DNA from: Escherichia phage vB_EcoM_ULIM3
Reading direction: 5' to 3' (one strand)
DNA length: 64,000 nucleotides
Sequence record: OQ850289
The position numbers and the translations under genes were made by a program. Below, piece after piece: positions 46,701-55,270 of this stretch. Under the pieces are notes generated by a model. That model made no database searches. It had not been told where the DNA came from and was given only the letters and a program-made list of their open reading frames with translations. Position 1 is the stretch's first letter; each line of letters opens with the position of its first letter.

Positions 46701-47373
46701 TGAAGTACTGTGTCATGCTTATGACTTACATCCTCATGAGTTAGGTCTTGATTCCTGTGTATGGACTCCAGAACAGTGTAGGGATTTTGAAGACACTGCA
46801 AGAGAAGTTGTATGTTCACTAGAAGAGTTTCACACATCAGAGCCAATTGTGAATGTTGTAGATAAAGAGACTGGACAAACTATAGGTGTAAGTCGTGATA
46901 GCTTAGTCATAGTCAATAAAGACCTTGTAGAAAAAGGGAATCTCATCTTAGCAGATATTGATGGTGTTCTTACAAATTTTAATCACGAAGATTGTTCAAC
47001 GGAATTGACTGACGGTTCATTCTCGCAGTACACTAATCTTCTTGACTCTGTAAGAGCAAAACCAACGTATGTTTTCAATATCATTGATGCAATTGCTAAT
47101 CATGCTGCTGTTGGACTCTTGACAGCGAGAGGTGAATCTCAGAGAATACCTACTGAGATGTTTTTAAGGCATAACACAGAGCATGACTACATGCTTTTTA
47201 TGCGTGGTTTTGGGACTAACTCTATAAGTGCAGAAAGTTTGAAAGTGAGGATGATTCAGTCTTGCATTCTGCCTTACTTTAATATAGTATGTTTTATAGA
47301 AGATACAGAGAAGAATGTTCAGAAGGTAAACAGAATCCTTCCACACATTAAAACCATGTTAGTTAAACATTGA
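46678..47373 (+). CDS. hypothetical protein, possible HAD-like hydrolase
   Basis: 231 aa; LILADIDGVLTNF resembles HAD motif I (DxDG); weak. Confidence 0.35.
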   Translation: MKKLRKSDEVLCHAYDLHPHELGLDSCVWTPEQCRDFEDTAREVVCSLEEFHTSEPIVNVVDKETGQTIGVSRDSLVIVNKDLVEKGNLILADIDGVLTNFNHEDCSTELTDGSFSQYTNLLDSVRAKPTYVFNIIDAIANHAAVGLLTARGESQRIPTEMFLRHNTEHDYMLFMRGFGTNSISAESLKVRMIQSCILPYFNIVCFIEDTEKNVQKVNRILPHIKTMLVKH

Positions 47374-47849
47374 GAGAAGAACTTATGAACAATATCATTA
47401 CGGTAGCACTGGACGATACGGCAAACAAATCTGAAGTAGTTCGTAAAATGATTCAAGGTAACTTTGAAGGTAAAATTTTCCGTGCTGTTAATGTAAAAGC
47501 TGATGGTAGCATTCGTGAATATCGTGCATTGTTGAACGTTAAGAAGCACGTAAAAGGTGTTGGTTCAACGACTGCACACAAAGAAAACCTGATGACTATC
47601 TATGATATGGGTAAGGCTTCAGAGTTAGGTGCTGAAGGTATCGTTAAAGAAGGTGCTCCGTATCGCTCTTTCAATCTGGAAACTACTCTTATGCTTTCCT
47701 TTACAAGTGGTTCTAAAACAATCACTTATCTCTTTACTGATGCTGCAACGGTATCTGCTATTAAGGATAGCACTGTCAAAGCTGGCGTAGTTGCTGCTGC
47801 AAAAGCTTCTTCGATGGCTGCGAATATCCTTGCTAAAGTCCTCGGTTAA
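47370..47849 (+). CDS. hypothetical protein
   Basis: 159 aa ORF followed by terminator. Confidence 0.5.
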   Translation: MREELMNNIITVALDDTANKSEVVRKMIQGNFEGKIFRAVNVKADGSIREYRALLNVKKHVKGVGSTTAHKENLMTIYDMGKASELGAEGIVKEGAPYRSFNLETTLMLSFTSGSKTITYLFTDAATVSAIKDSTVKAGVVAAAKASSMAANILAKVLG

Positions 47850-47859
47850 GGTTAAGATA

Positions 47860-47883
47860 CAGGCTCCTTCGGGAGCCTTTTTC
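47860..47883 (+). terminator. intrinsic terminator
   Basis: AGGCTCC-TTCG-GGAGCCT followed by TTTTT. Confidence 0.7.
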
Positions 47884-47901
47884 ATTTCAGGAGATTGTTA
47901 A

Positions 47902-48249
47902 ATGACATTTAAAGAGTTCTGTCAAGCTACTTTCATAATTGTTTTCTTAGTTGGGGTAGGTGTCTGGGGAGGATACTCTTACAGAGACTATCAAGTTGCT
48001 GAAGCTGAGCTAAATAATGAGAAACTAATAAGTGTTGCCAAAGATGCTTATCAGGAAGGTTTAGTCACACTCAGCACCAATTACAAAAATGATTTGAAAG
48101 ATGTGCTTGCTAAGAATAAGCACACAAAAGAGGTACTAACATATGAAAAAACTAAGCCAGAGTTTTATAATGTTTGTGTTACTGATAACTATGTCAGGGT
48201 GTTCAACGAACAAAGTGAGCAGTACATTCAAAAACTCCCAAGTAAGTGA
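47902..48249 (+). CDS. putative i-spanin-like protein
   Basis: 115 aa; N-terminal TM (FIIVFLVGVGVWGGY) then coiled-coil-like domain; 3' end overlaps a lipoprotein ORF in another frame. Confidence 0.45.
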   Translation: MTFKEFCQATFIIVFLVGVGVWGGYSYRDYQVAEAELNNEKLISVAKDAYQEGLVTLSTNYKNDLKDVLAKNKHTKEVLTYEKTKPEFYNVCVTDNYVRVFNEQSEQYIQKLPSK

Positions 48250-48412
48250 GAGTGATAAGTACACTCAAGAAGACTCAAGATTCACTATTAAAGGTAATAC
48301 TGGTAGTGATGTGGCAGCAGCCCTTGAGTTCTATCGTGATGGGTTTTACCAGTGCACAATCAAAGCTAATAACCTTATTGATATGATTTTATTAGGAAAT
48401 AAACAGCAATGA
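48143..48412 (+). CDS. putative o-spanin-like lipoprotein
   Basis: 89 aa; signal peptide with lipobox-like ITMSGC; start embedded in 47902-48249. Confidence 0.4.
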   Translation: MKKLSQSFIMFVLLITMSGCSTNKVSSTFKNSQVSESDKYTQEDSRFTIKGNTGSDVAAALEFYRDGFYQCTIKANNLIDMILLGNKQQ

Positions 48413-48678
48413 CAGAGAATGAAGATACTTTTTACGTAGAGGGGTACTTACTGTTACCGCGACCAAAAGAAACTTATATGCGAATCGACTTCATACCAAC
48501 CATTATGGATAATGTGATGTGTCATATCTTTATGCAGGGTGTCACAGCACAGCTTAAGCATGTTGGTAAAGACTGCAAAATAAAGGTTGACACTCATCCA
48601 GAAATCAAAGAGAATCACTACACATGGTTCTTACCAGACTCTAAAGAAATCTTAGCAATTCTTAAAACGAGGAAATGA
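48409..48678 (+). CDS. hypothetical protein
   Basis: 89 aa ORF. Confidence 0.45.
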   Translation: MTENEDTFYVEGYLLLPRPKETYMRIDFIPTIMDNVMCHIFMQGVTAQLKHVGKDCKIKVDTHPEIKENHYTWFLPDSKEILAILKTRK

Positions 48679-48989
48679 TTATGCAATTCCAGCCAACAAA
48701 TCGTGGATTTTCTTATGCAGAATTTAAAGATGCTAAAGGGGAAGTTTGTACTTTACAAGAGAGTTCATCATACGAACCATGTGTCTGGTTAGGTGCTAAA
48801 GAGGTCTCTGTTCAGTACCTAGATGGTGGCTGGAAAACACTTGATATCCCAGCATTAGTAGGTAAAGATTTTGTAGGTAACCAAAGAATGAAACTCAATC
48901 AAGAACAGGTAAAAGAACTGTTGCCGTACCTTCAATACTTTGCTGAAAATGGTGAATTGCCAACAGAGGAACTTACAAATGCAGATTAA
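48675..48989 (+). CDS. hypothetical protein
   Basis: 104 aa ORF. Confidence 0.45.
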   Translation: MIMQFQPTNRGFSYAEFKDAKGEVCTLQESSSYEPCVWLGAKEVSVQYLDGGWKTLDIPALVGKDFVGNQRMKLNQEQVKELLPYLQYFAENGELPTEELTNAD

Positions 48990-49305
48990 TGGAAGAGACT
49001 TTGTAGCCGTTTACTATGAGAAAGGTAAAGAAGTTGGCGTAGCACAATTGTCTTATGGCAATGGTAAGTGGTTATATGGAACAATCGCAGTAGTCGGGAC
49101 AAGAAGTGATACAAAAACCTTTAAAGATTGTGTTGAGCTTCTTGAAGAATCCATCCAGAATCATTGGTGTCTGATATGGATGACTGACAATGAAGTGATG
49201 GAACGTTTCAAAAAGATTGATATCAACATTGATAGTATTGAGCATGTTGATTTATATGAACTGACTGAGAAGGTAAATTATGAGAGTAATTCTAGCCAGA
49301 GATAA
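48979..49305 (+). CDS. hypothetical protein
   Basis: Track ORF 48940-49305 trimmed to internal ATG (MQINGRDF) to reduce overlap. Confidence 0.4.
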   Translation: MQINGRDFVAVYYEKGKEVGVAQLSYGNGKWLYGTIAVVGTRSDTKTFKDCVELLEESIQNHWCLIWMTDNEVMERFKKIDINIDSIEHVDLYELTEKVNYESNSSQR

Positions 49306-49507
49306 AAAGACACGGAAAATTATCCGGTCAGCAGTATTCATTGGAAGAAATAAAGTGATTCCATTTACAGCAAATGATGTGATAGCCTACAGGGAAAAAT
49401 TAGCATTTAGTTATTGCTTGCGTGGCTTCATCTCACAACCATTGGAAGACTTCAAAAGTCGTTGTGGTAAAGGTATCATCATTCAAGAGGCAATTATCAA
49501 TGGCTGA
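49280..49507 (+). CDS. hypothetical protein
   Basis: 75 aa ORF. Confidence 0.4.
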   Translation: MRVILARDKKTRKIIRSAVFIGRNKVIPFTANDVIAYREKLAFSYCLRGFISQPLEDFKSRCGKGIIIQEAIING

Positions 49508-49700
49508 CTTCTGCAAAGACTGTTCTATTGAAATGTTCGGACGTGATACAGGTGACTTAAAAGGTCTCATCACTGAAGATGACTTTAAAGCTGGTTATGC
49601 AATGCCAGTAATCTGTGAAGGCTGTGGGTGTATCTGGGTAGACCACGAAGGACAGCGTGTAAAACCTTCAGAAGATAAAGAATCTTGGGAGAGATGTTAA
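49500..49700 (+). CDS. small zinc-ribbon protein
   Basis: Track ORF 49422-49700 trimmed to ATG 49500 (MADFCKDC); CKDC ... CEGCGC. Confidence 0.4.
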   Translation: MADFCKDCSIEMFGRDTGDLKGLITEDDFKAGYAMPVICEGCGCIWVDHEGQRVKPSEDKESWERC

Positions 49701-50486
49701 ATGGGTATTGTAAAAATCATCAAAGGTGATATCTTTGATGCCTTTGATAAAGGCAAATTTGATATCATTGGTCATGGTTGCAACTGTATGAATTTCATGG
49801 GTGCAGGTATTGCAGCAACTATTTCTAAGCGTTATCCAAAAGTGTATGATACTGACACAGAAGTTTACCTGTTTGCAGGTGGCATTCGTCACAAACCCTG
49901 TGAAAATTTACTAGGTAATTTCTCTGTAGCACGTTTAAAACAAGGCCGTATAGCTAACCTTTACACCCAACTTCATACTGGTAAAGATGCCCGATACAGT
50001 GCTTTAGAGTCATCTTTGAAACAGCTTAACAGATACTGTGAAGTTAACCAGTTGAAGAAAGTTGGTCTACCTATGATTGGTGCAGGTATCGGTGGGCTTG
50101 ACCCTCAAGCTGTCACAGTTATCATTAATCAGGTGATGAAGAGTGTAGATGTTTATCTGTATGTCTATGAAGCAAAAATGTATAATGAGTTACACTCAGG
50201 TTGGAAAAACTACTGTGAACCAGAATACTTTGCAGGTGTAGTTGTGTTCACAGATAACGAAGTTACCCTCTTCAGACGAAGAAAAGGTAAGATACATCAA
50301 AGTAACCCTCCGGTTGAAAAGATGTCTCTGAGTAACGCTCTAGTTACCCACCTGTCGAAGAGCAATCACAGGATTGCAGTAACATTTGGCAGTGATGCAG
50401 ATACTTATATCTATGCAAGAACTGATGAGGATATCGAGACAGTTTTCTCTTCACCAGAAGTTACCTTCTTAGACGCAAAGAACTAA
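49701..50486 (+). CDS. putative macro-domain protein (ADP-ribose binding/processing)
   Basis: 261 aa; N-terminal IIKGDIFDA ... IIGHGCNCMNFMGAGIAATISKRYP resembles macro domain signatures. Confidence 0.5.
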   Translation: MGIVKIIKGDIFDAFDKGKFDIIGHGCNCMNFMGAGIAATISKRYPKVYDTDTEVYLFAGGIRHKPCENLLGNFSVARLKQGRIANLYTQLHTGKDARYSALESSLKQLNRYCEVNQLKKVGLPMIGAGIGGLDPQAVTVIINQVMKSVDVYLYVYEAKMYNELHSGWKNYCEPEYFAGVVVFTDNEVTLFRRRKGKIHQSNPPVEKMSLSNALVTHLSKSNHRIAVTFGSDADTYIYARTDEDIETVFSSPEVTFLDAKN

Positions 50487-50557
50487 GAAACTCTGTAGAA
50501 TATTCACAATAGACCAAGCCTTTCTTATCTGGTAAATTTTTCAGGTAAGGAGGCTTT

Positions 50558-50753
50558 TTCATTTCAGAATTGTGCAGGTAGATTTCTATAGAGAAACCTG
50601 TAGAGAAAATATTGAACTCCAAAGAGAAAATTCATTTTCAAACTGTGCAGATAATCTCCAAAGAGCTTTTTCATTTTCAAAACGTGCAGACCCCGCTCAG
50701 GTCGGGCAAGAAAAATCATTTTAGATTTGTGCAGGTAGGTTTTTATAGAGAGC
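50558..50753. repeat. four direct iteron-like repeats
   Basis: Core TCATTT(T/C)(C/A)(A/G)A(A/T)(T/C/A)(T/C)GTGCAG(G/A)(T/C) at ~50558, 50631, 50670, 50714; copies 1 and 4 share ~38 bp. Confidence 0.6.
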
Positions 50754-50761
50754 CAGACCAA

Positions 50762-50792
50762 CCCCTCTCCCCCTCTTACTCCCCCTCTCCCC
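50762..50792 (-). other. G-quadruplex-forming motif (C-rich on + strand)
   Basis: + strand CCCC-TCT-CCCCC-TCTTACT-CCCCC-TCT-CCCC, i.e. four G4-5 tracts on - strand. Confidence 0.55.
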
Positions 50793-50914
50793 AAAAGTCA
50801 AGAGAAAAATTTGTAGCGGATTGAAAAATAATTCTTGATTTGTGTTCTGTTTTGTGGTAGTCGTGTGCGCCCGTTTCATTACAGTTTTGCCAAAAATATT
50901 TTTAAAATTTTTTC

Positions 50915-50974
50915 TTGACTCTTTGAACGTGGTTATCTAGTATTTGCATCAACGGGGAGGGAATGACCTTCCCC
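50915..50974 (+). promoter_or_regulatory. early promoter cassette 1 with 5' leader stem-loop
   Basis: TTGACT-17-TAGTAT, then GGGGAGGG-AATGA-CCTTCCCC hairpin and conserved RBS (CTGGAG-9-ATG). Confidence 0.6.
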
Positions 50975-51006
50975 ACTAAATAAAGTCCTAAACTGGAGGT
51001 TCAAAA

Positions 51007-51387
51007 ATGGCATATCGCGCACCTAAATTCATCAATAAAGACAACTTTCGCAACGCACTGGAGAAGTCACTTGATGAAAATTTTAAAGGTAACATTATCG
51101 TTGTTCACGCATTCAATTTTAAGTATGATGTAAACGGGAATAGAATCAACCATTACACGGCAACCATGTTAGATGGTACACTATCAAGTGAAAAAGCCGT
51201 ACTGAATGCACTAGCAGGACGCGGAAAAGTATTAGTAAGATGCGATAAGCGACGTTATCAGGGTGGCGCATATGGTTATGATGATGCTGTTTATCATCTT
51301 GAAAATATGGGCTATAAAGTAGAAAAAGCTGGGGTATCGCAAATCATCGGGAGCGATGGTTATGTAACAATCTTCAAAATTAACTGA
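51007..51387 (+). CDS. hypothetical early protein
   Basis: 126 aa ORF directly after promoter cassette. Confidence 0.55.
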   Translation: MAYRAPKFINKDNFRNALEKSLDENFKGNIIVVHAFNFKYDVNGNRINHYTATMLDGTLSSEKAVLNALAGRGKVLVRCDKRRYQGGAYGYDDAVYHLENMGYKVEKAGVSQIIGSDGYVTIFKIN

Positions 51388-51388
51388 T

Positions 51389-51477
51389 AAAGTACTTTAC
51401 AAGGGGCTTATAGTTCAATAGAGTAAGCCCCAGATAAAGAGCTTTACCACTCAATCCTAAATTGGAGAATCTGAAAA
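51389..51477 (+). promoter_or_regulatory. class B intergenic element, copy 1
   Basis: AGTACTTTACAAGGGGCTTA..TAAGCCCCAGATAAAGAGCTTTACCACT..GGAGA..ATG; hairpin with TTTACA-17-TAGAGT embedded. Confidence 0.5.
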
Positions 51478-51771
51478 ATGGCTATTATCAAAAACGTTGT
51501 AATTACTGCAAAAACTCGTGATGACGCTCGCGTTATGGCTAAAAAGTTATGCGGGAAAGTTGTTGACAATGGGAAAAAATCTGCTGTAAGATGGGGCGTA
51601 AAGGTTGATAAACAGTTGAAGTTAAAAAATTCACCGATAAACCTTTTTACATGTGTAAACACTATCGGGAAGACAAATGTATACACGAAAAAGGCATACA
51701 TTAGACGCGTAGCATTAACATCCCCCATTCGTACAATGAGAGGTTATGCAAAGCTGAAAATTAACAAATAA
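51478..51771 (+). CDS. hypothetical early protein
   Basis: 97 aa ORF after class B element. Confidence 0.5.
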   Translation: MAIIKNVVITAKTRDDARVMAKKLCGKVVDNGKKSAVRWGVKVDKQLKLKNSPINLFTCVNTIGKTNVYTKKAYIRRVALTSPIRTMRGYAKLKINK

Positions 51772-51856
51772 AGTACTTTACAGGGGGCTTAAAAGTTGAT
51801 ATCTTAAGCCCCAGATAAAGAGCTTTACCACTTAATCCTAAACTGGAGATTCAAAA
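51770..51856 (+). promoter_or_regulatory. class B intergenic element, copy 2
   Basis: Same conserved element with GGGGGCTTAA..TTAAGCCCC hairpin. Confidence 0.5.
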
Positions 51857-52369
51857 ATGAAAACTGTAGACGCTACCTTTGAAGTTGTAAAAGAAAAATT
51901 TTCCATCATCTACGAAGCGGTAAATTGCTACGAAGCAAGCCATAATCTTGATAATTGGGAGTTTACAGATGACCATCAAGGCGGTGTGACTGTTAAAAAT
52001 CCTAACTGTCAGCGTAATGATTTTAAATATGCAATCCCTTTGCATTACAGCCTTAAACAGCTTTCAAGTGACTATGCAAAACAAGGCCGGGAAAATCCAT
52101 CAAAAGAGGCTTACGCAAGCTTACAAAAAGAACTAGAAAGAGATTTAGAGGCTTCAGAGTACAACCTTGCCGCGAAAGTTGTGGATGCAAATGGTCAAAC
52201 AATTTTAGACAGTTTTTATATTGGCTACGCTTTTGATTGGTGCTATAGTGACGGCGATGATTTAGAGGATAGACTAAAAGAAGAGGTGAACAATTCAGAC
52301 GCAGAATCTGAAGTATTAGAACGTTTGGAATCACTAAAAGATTCAGTGATGAATATCTTTAAGAACTAA
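51857..52369 (+). CDS. hypothetical early protein
   Basis: 170 aa acidic ORF. Confidence 0.55.
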   Translation: MKTVDATFEVVKEKFSIIYEAVNCYEASHNLDNWEFTDDHQGGVTVKNPNCQRNDFKYAIPLHYSLKQLSSDYAKQGRENPSKEAYASLQKELERDLEASEYNLAAKVVDANGQTILDSFYIGYAFDWCYSDGDDLEDRLKEEVNNSDAESEVLERLESLKDSVMNIFKN

Positions 52370-52374
52370 ATAGA

Positions 52375-52461
52375 TTTCTTTACACGGGGTTATCAAGCTG
52401 GTAGGATAGCCCCAGATAAAGAGATTTATCAAATAAAGCCCTTAAACTAGGAGATTCTAAA
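52375..52461 (+). promoter_or_regulatory. class B intergenic element, copy 3 (divergent)
   Basis: GGGGTTATC..GATAGCCCC hairpin then AGATAAAGAG and RBS. Confidence 0.45.
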
Positions 52462-52758
52462 ATGAAATTATCAAATCAAGTGCGTGAAAATCTAAGCAAA
52501 TTACTCAACAAAATTGATTTCATTGAAACATCAAGGAATAATCATGATGTTATGGAATGGTTACACGGCAAAATAAAAGGCCGTCGTGTAGTGATTTGCT
52601 TATGGAACAGTTGCAGGGAGTATAAAAAACCTGTATTGCAAGTTAATATCTATGATGATACTTTTAAAAGTCCTGTAAAGTCTAAAAGCGATTTATTAGA
52701 ATCCTATGAGATAACTGTAAATGGCAAAGTATCACGTAAAGAGGAAACACCATGTTAA
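52462..52758 (+). CDS. hypothetical early protein
   Basis: 98 aa ORF. Confidence 0.5.
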   Translation: MKLSNQVRENLSKLLNKIDFIETSRNNHDVMEWLHGKIKGRRVVICLWNSCREYKKPVLQVNIYDDTFKSPVKSKSDLLESYEITVNGKVSRKEETPC

Positions 52759-53084
52759 TGACTGGTATCACTGCAATCATTGCCATTTTCGCGCTATATA
52801 AGGCATATAAAGCCTATAATCTAGCAAATAAGGCAATCACACAGCAGGTTAGTAATAGCCTTGTAGAAAGCTTTCTAGGGCGCCTCAGTGATGAGCAAAT
52901 AAAGCGGCTAGAGATGAGCTTCAGATATAAAGCGAAAACCTATCAGATAAGTGACATCTTCAAAGATAATTTTCAGTTAGTTGATGATTATAATTCTCTG
53001 ATAAATGCTTTAAATGTCAGTGACTTAAAAGACTACTACGCTGTAATTGTTCAAGAATTGAGCAAACGAAAACAAAACTGTTGA
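52752..53084 (+). CDS. hypothetical early protein with N-terminal TM
   Basis: 110 aa ORF; hydrophobic N-terminus; stop overlaps -35 of next cassette. Confidence 0.5.
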   Translation: MLMTGITAIIAIFALYKAYKAYNLANKAITQQVSNSLVESFLGRLSDEQIKRLEMSFRYKAKTYQISDIFKDNFQLVDDYNSLINALNVSDLKDYYAVIVQELSKRKQNC

Positions 53085-53140
53085 CACTGGTTTTTAGATA
53101 GATTAAATTACACATCAACGGGGAGGGAATGACCTTCCCC
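53081..53140 (+). promoter_or_regulatory. early promoter cassette 2
   Basis: TTGACA-17-TAAATT then GGGGAGGG..CCTTCCCC hairpin; ~95 bp near-identical to 53942-54037. Confidence 0.6.
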
Positions 53141-53172
53141 ACTAAATAAAGTCCTAAACTGGAGATTCCAAA

Positions 53173-53445
53173 ATGTATACTACTAACAACGGTCGCACCT
53201 TAAACGTAACCCTACGCCACTATGTGAACGGTGTAATGCACTTCGAGGATTTACAAGCTGAACAGCACATTTTGGATTGGCAAGTTGCAGGACTCCAAAA
53301 AACTGCTACAGGATACGGGAAAAAGATTCCAACCAGTTGGAAAGTATACTACGAAGGACGTTTGCGCAGAATTTATCAAGATGTGCAAAGCAATAGCGCA
53401 TCGAGTTACATTATAGTAAAAGGCAAAAAACTGCATTTAATGTAA
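53173..53445 (+). CDS. hypothetical early protein
   Basis: 90 aa ORF. Confidence 0.5.
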   Translation: MYTTNNGRTLNVTLRHYVNGVMHFEDLQAEQHILDWQVAGLQKTATGYGKKIPTSWKVYYEGRLRRIYQDVQSNSASSYIIVKGKKLHLM

Positions 53446-53516
53446 AGTACTTTACAAGGGGCTTATAGTTCGATAAAGTAAGCCCCAGATAAAGAGCTTT
53501 ACTACTCAATCCTAAA
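53445..53516 (+). promoter_or_regulatory. class B intergenic element, copy 4
   Basis: GGGGCTTATAGTTCGATAAAGTAAGCCCC hairpin and conserved flanks. Confidence 0.5.
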
Positions 53517-53936
53517 TTGGAGAACTTAAAAATGGCTATTAATAACCGTGAATTATCAATGTTAAAAGCACGTTTGACCGTTAATCGAATCAACATTATG
53601 ACATCATCAGCGCCTGATGAGACATTGCACAACATTATCGGAAAGATTCAAAGCGTTATTTTAGACGTTGAAAACGTAAAAAGTTCATTGGCTGACGTTG
53701 CAGCAGGTATCACGCTAGACGGTGCGCAATATGAAATGTCCGACATGTTAGGCAAATCAAAGGTAATGAATAAAGAGCTTGATTTAAAGATGTTCCGATT
53801 TGCTGTTAAAGTATGGCTATCCGTCGAGTATGACGCTAATTTTGCAATCGCTGATTTCTTTGCCACTTGGTTACAACGTAATTTGACAAATCACGATTTT
53901 CGTGATGTCTGTGATGCAATTTATGCAGAACTCTAA
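53517..53936 (+). CDS. hypothetical early protein
   Basis: 139 aa ORF. Confidence 0.55.
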   Translation: MENLKMAINNRELSMLKARLTVNRINIMTSSAPDETLHNIIGKIQSVILDVENVKSSLADVAAGITLDGAQYEMSDMLGKSKVMNKELDLKMFRFAVKVWLSVEYDANFAIADFFATWLQRNLTNHDFRDVCDAIYAEL

Positions 53937-53945
53937 AAAATTTTG

Positions 53946-54005
53946 TTGACACTGGTTTTTAGATAGATTAAATTACACATCAACGGGGAGGGAATGACCT
54001 TCCCC
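53946..54005 (+). promoter_or_regulatory. early promoter cassette 3
   Basis: TTGACA-17-TAAATT then hairpin; duplicate of cassette 2. Confidence 0.6.
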
Positions 54006-54037
54006 ACTAAATAAAGTCCTAAACTGGAGATTCAAAA

Positions 54038-54241
54038 ATGGCTATTATTAATGGTTTAACCATTGAAACTACACACATCAAAGATATCAAAGTTGGTGAT
54101 ATAGTCCTTTCCCACGGCGTAGAAAAAACTGTCACTGCAAAGGATATCAAAGAGGATTCTTTCATGGGTAGGACTCTCTTCGGTGATTCTTATTGCTTAG
54201 GCTATCTTGCAGTTTTAAAAGTTGTCAAAAATAACAAATAA
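54038..54241 (+). CDS. hypothetical early protein
   Basis: 67 aa ORF. Confidence 0.45.
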   Translation: MAIINGLTIETTHIKDIKVGDIVLSHGVEKTVTAKDIKEDSFMGRTLFGDSYCLGYLAVLKVVKNNK

Positions 54242-54327
54242 AGTACTTTACAAGGGGCTTAAAAGTTGATAACTTAAGCCTCAGATAAAGAGCTTTACCA
54301 CTAAATCCTAAACTGGAGATTCTAAAA
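54241..54327 (+). promoter_or_regulatory. class B intergenic element, copy 5
   Basis: Conserved element, hairpin with one mismatch (GCCTC). Confidence 0.45.
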
Positions 54328-54576
54328 ATGATGAACTACTTTAACATTCCCGATACCTGTAGATTATTGACACAAGAAGAAAATTTGGGTAAACCTTTCA
54401 TTTACCACATGCCAGATAACACGGCAAAAACTTATAGTTACAATGTTAACCGTTTCACCGCATACGCTGCAAAGAACGGCTATAGGTTGGTTACTCAAAA
54501 AGTAATGCTGGTTACAACTGCTGGCGAGATTCCTACAGTTGCAGTCAAACTAGTTTTCTCAAAGAAAGTTAAATAA
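54328..54576 (+). CDS. hypothetical early protein
   Basis: 82 aa ORF. Confidence 0.5.
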   Translation: MMNYFNIPDTCRLLTQEENLGKPFIYHMPDNTAKTYSYNVNRFTAYAAKNGYRLVTQKVMLVTTAGEIPTVAVKLVFSKKVK

Positions 54577-54661
54577 AGCACTTTACAAGGGGCTTATAGT
54601 CCGATAAAGTAAGCCCCAGATAAAGAGCTTTACCACTAAATCCTAAACTGGAGATTCAAAA
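54577..54661 (+). promoter_or_regulatory. class B intergenic element, copy 6
   Basis: GGGGCTTATAGTCCGATAAAGTAAGCCCC hairpin and conserved flanks. Confidence 0.5.
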
Positions 54662-55204
54662 ATGAAATGTTTTCACGGAACTACTCAAGAAAATTTCCTC
54701 AACCTGATTAATAACGGTGATAAACCATCGGGCGCATGGAATTGTTCGGATATGGACGGCAATTTTTACGTGTATCCAGAAAATAAAATCTATGGCGACG
54801 ATGATGAAGAGATAACATCGGAAGGTATTCAGCAAGCTCTAGGCAATGCCACTATTACGGCGGCCTTCCAGATGAAAACCCAAAATATTGTTATCTTAGA
54901 ACTCGATATTCCAGAGGATGAGCTAAATGATGATTATTCTTGTGATAATATGTCGAGTGTAGCAAGTTTTACAGAGTACTTTGATGTAAATTGGATTAAA
55001 AAGGTCTATACAACAGAGTTTAACGCTATGTATTCGCCTTTTTGTCTTCCTTCACTGGATAACCCAAATATGAACTATCTTGATGAGACATTAGAACTAC
55101 TTGCTAAAAGTGTTCAACAGTCGGACAGTATTCAGGTTTTTTGTGACATCATGGATACACTGACAGGAAACATTGCAGAAGAGGATTTAAAGAGCTTTTT
55201 CTAA
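54662..55204 (+). CDS. hypothetical early protein
   Basis: 180 aa acidic ORF, followed by terminator. Confidence 0.55.
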   Translation: MKCFHGTTQENFLNLINNGDKPSGAWNCSDMDGNFYVYPENKIYGDDDEEITSEGIQQALGNATITAAFQMKTQNIVILELDIPEDELNDDYSCDNMSSVASFTEYFDVNWIKKVYTTEFNAMYSPFCLPSLDNPNMNYLDETLELLAKSVQQSDSIQVFCDIMDTLTGNIAEEDLKSFF

Positions 55205-55235
55205 AAACCTATGCAATAACCTTATAAACACTGAT

Positions 55236-55257
55236 TAGCCCCTCACAGGGGCTTTTA
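55236..55257 (+). terminator. intrinsic terminator
   Basis: AGCCCCT-CACA-GGGGCT followed by TTT. Confidence 0.55.
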
Positions 55258-55270
55258 GAGGGCTTAAATC

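Noticed and set aside
50564-50824. Track ORFs 50564-50794 (-) and 50612-50824 (+) overlapping the iteron/G4 region
   Set aside because: Both run through direct repeats and the homopolymeric C/G tracts, have no RBS and low-complexity translations (PLSPSYSPSP, GGVRGGEG); more likely non-coding
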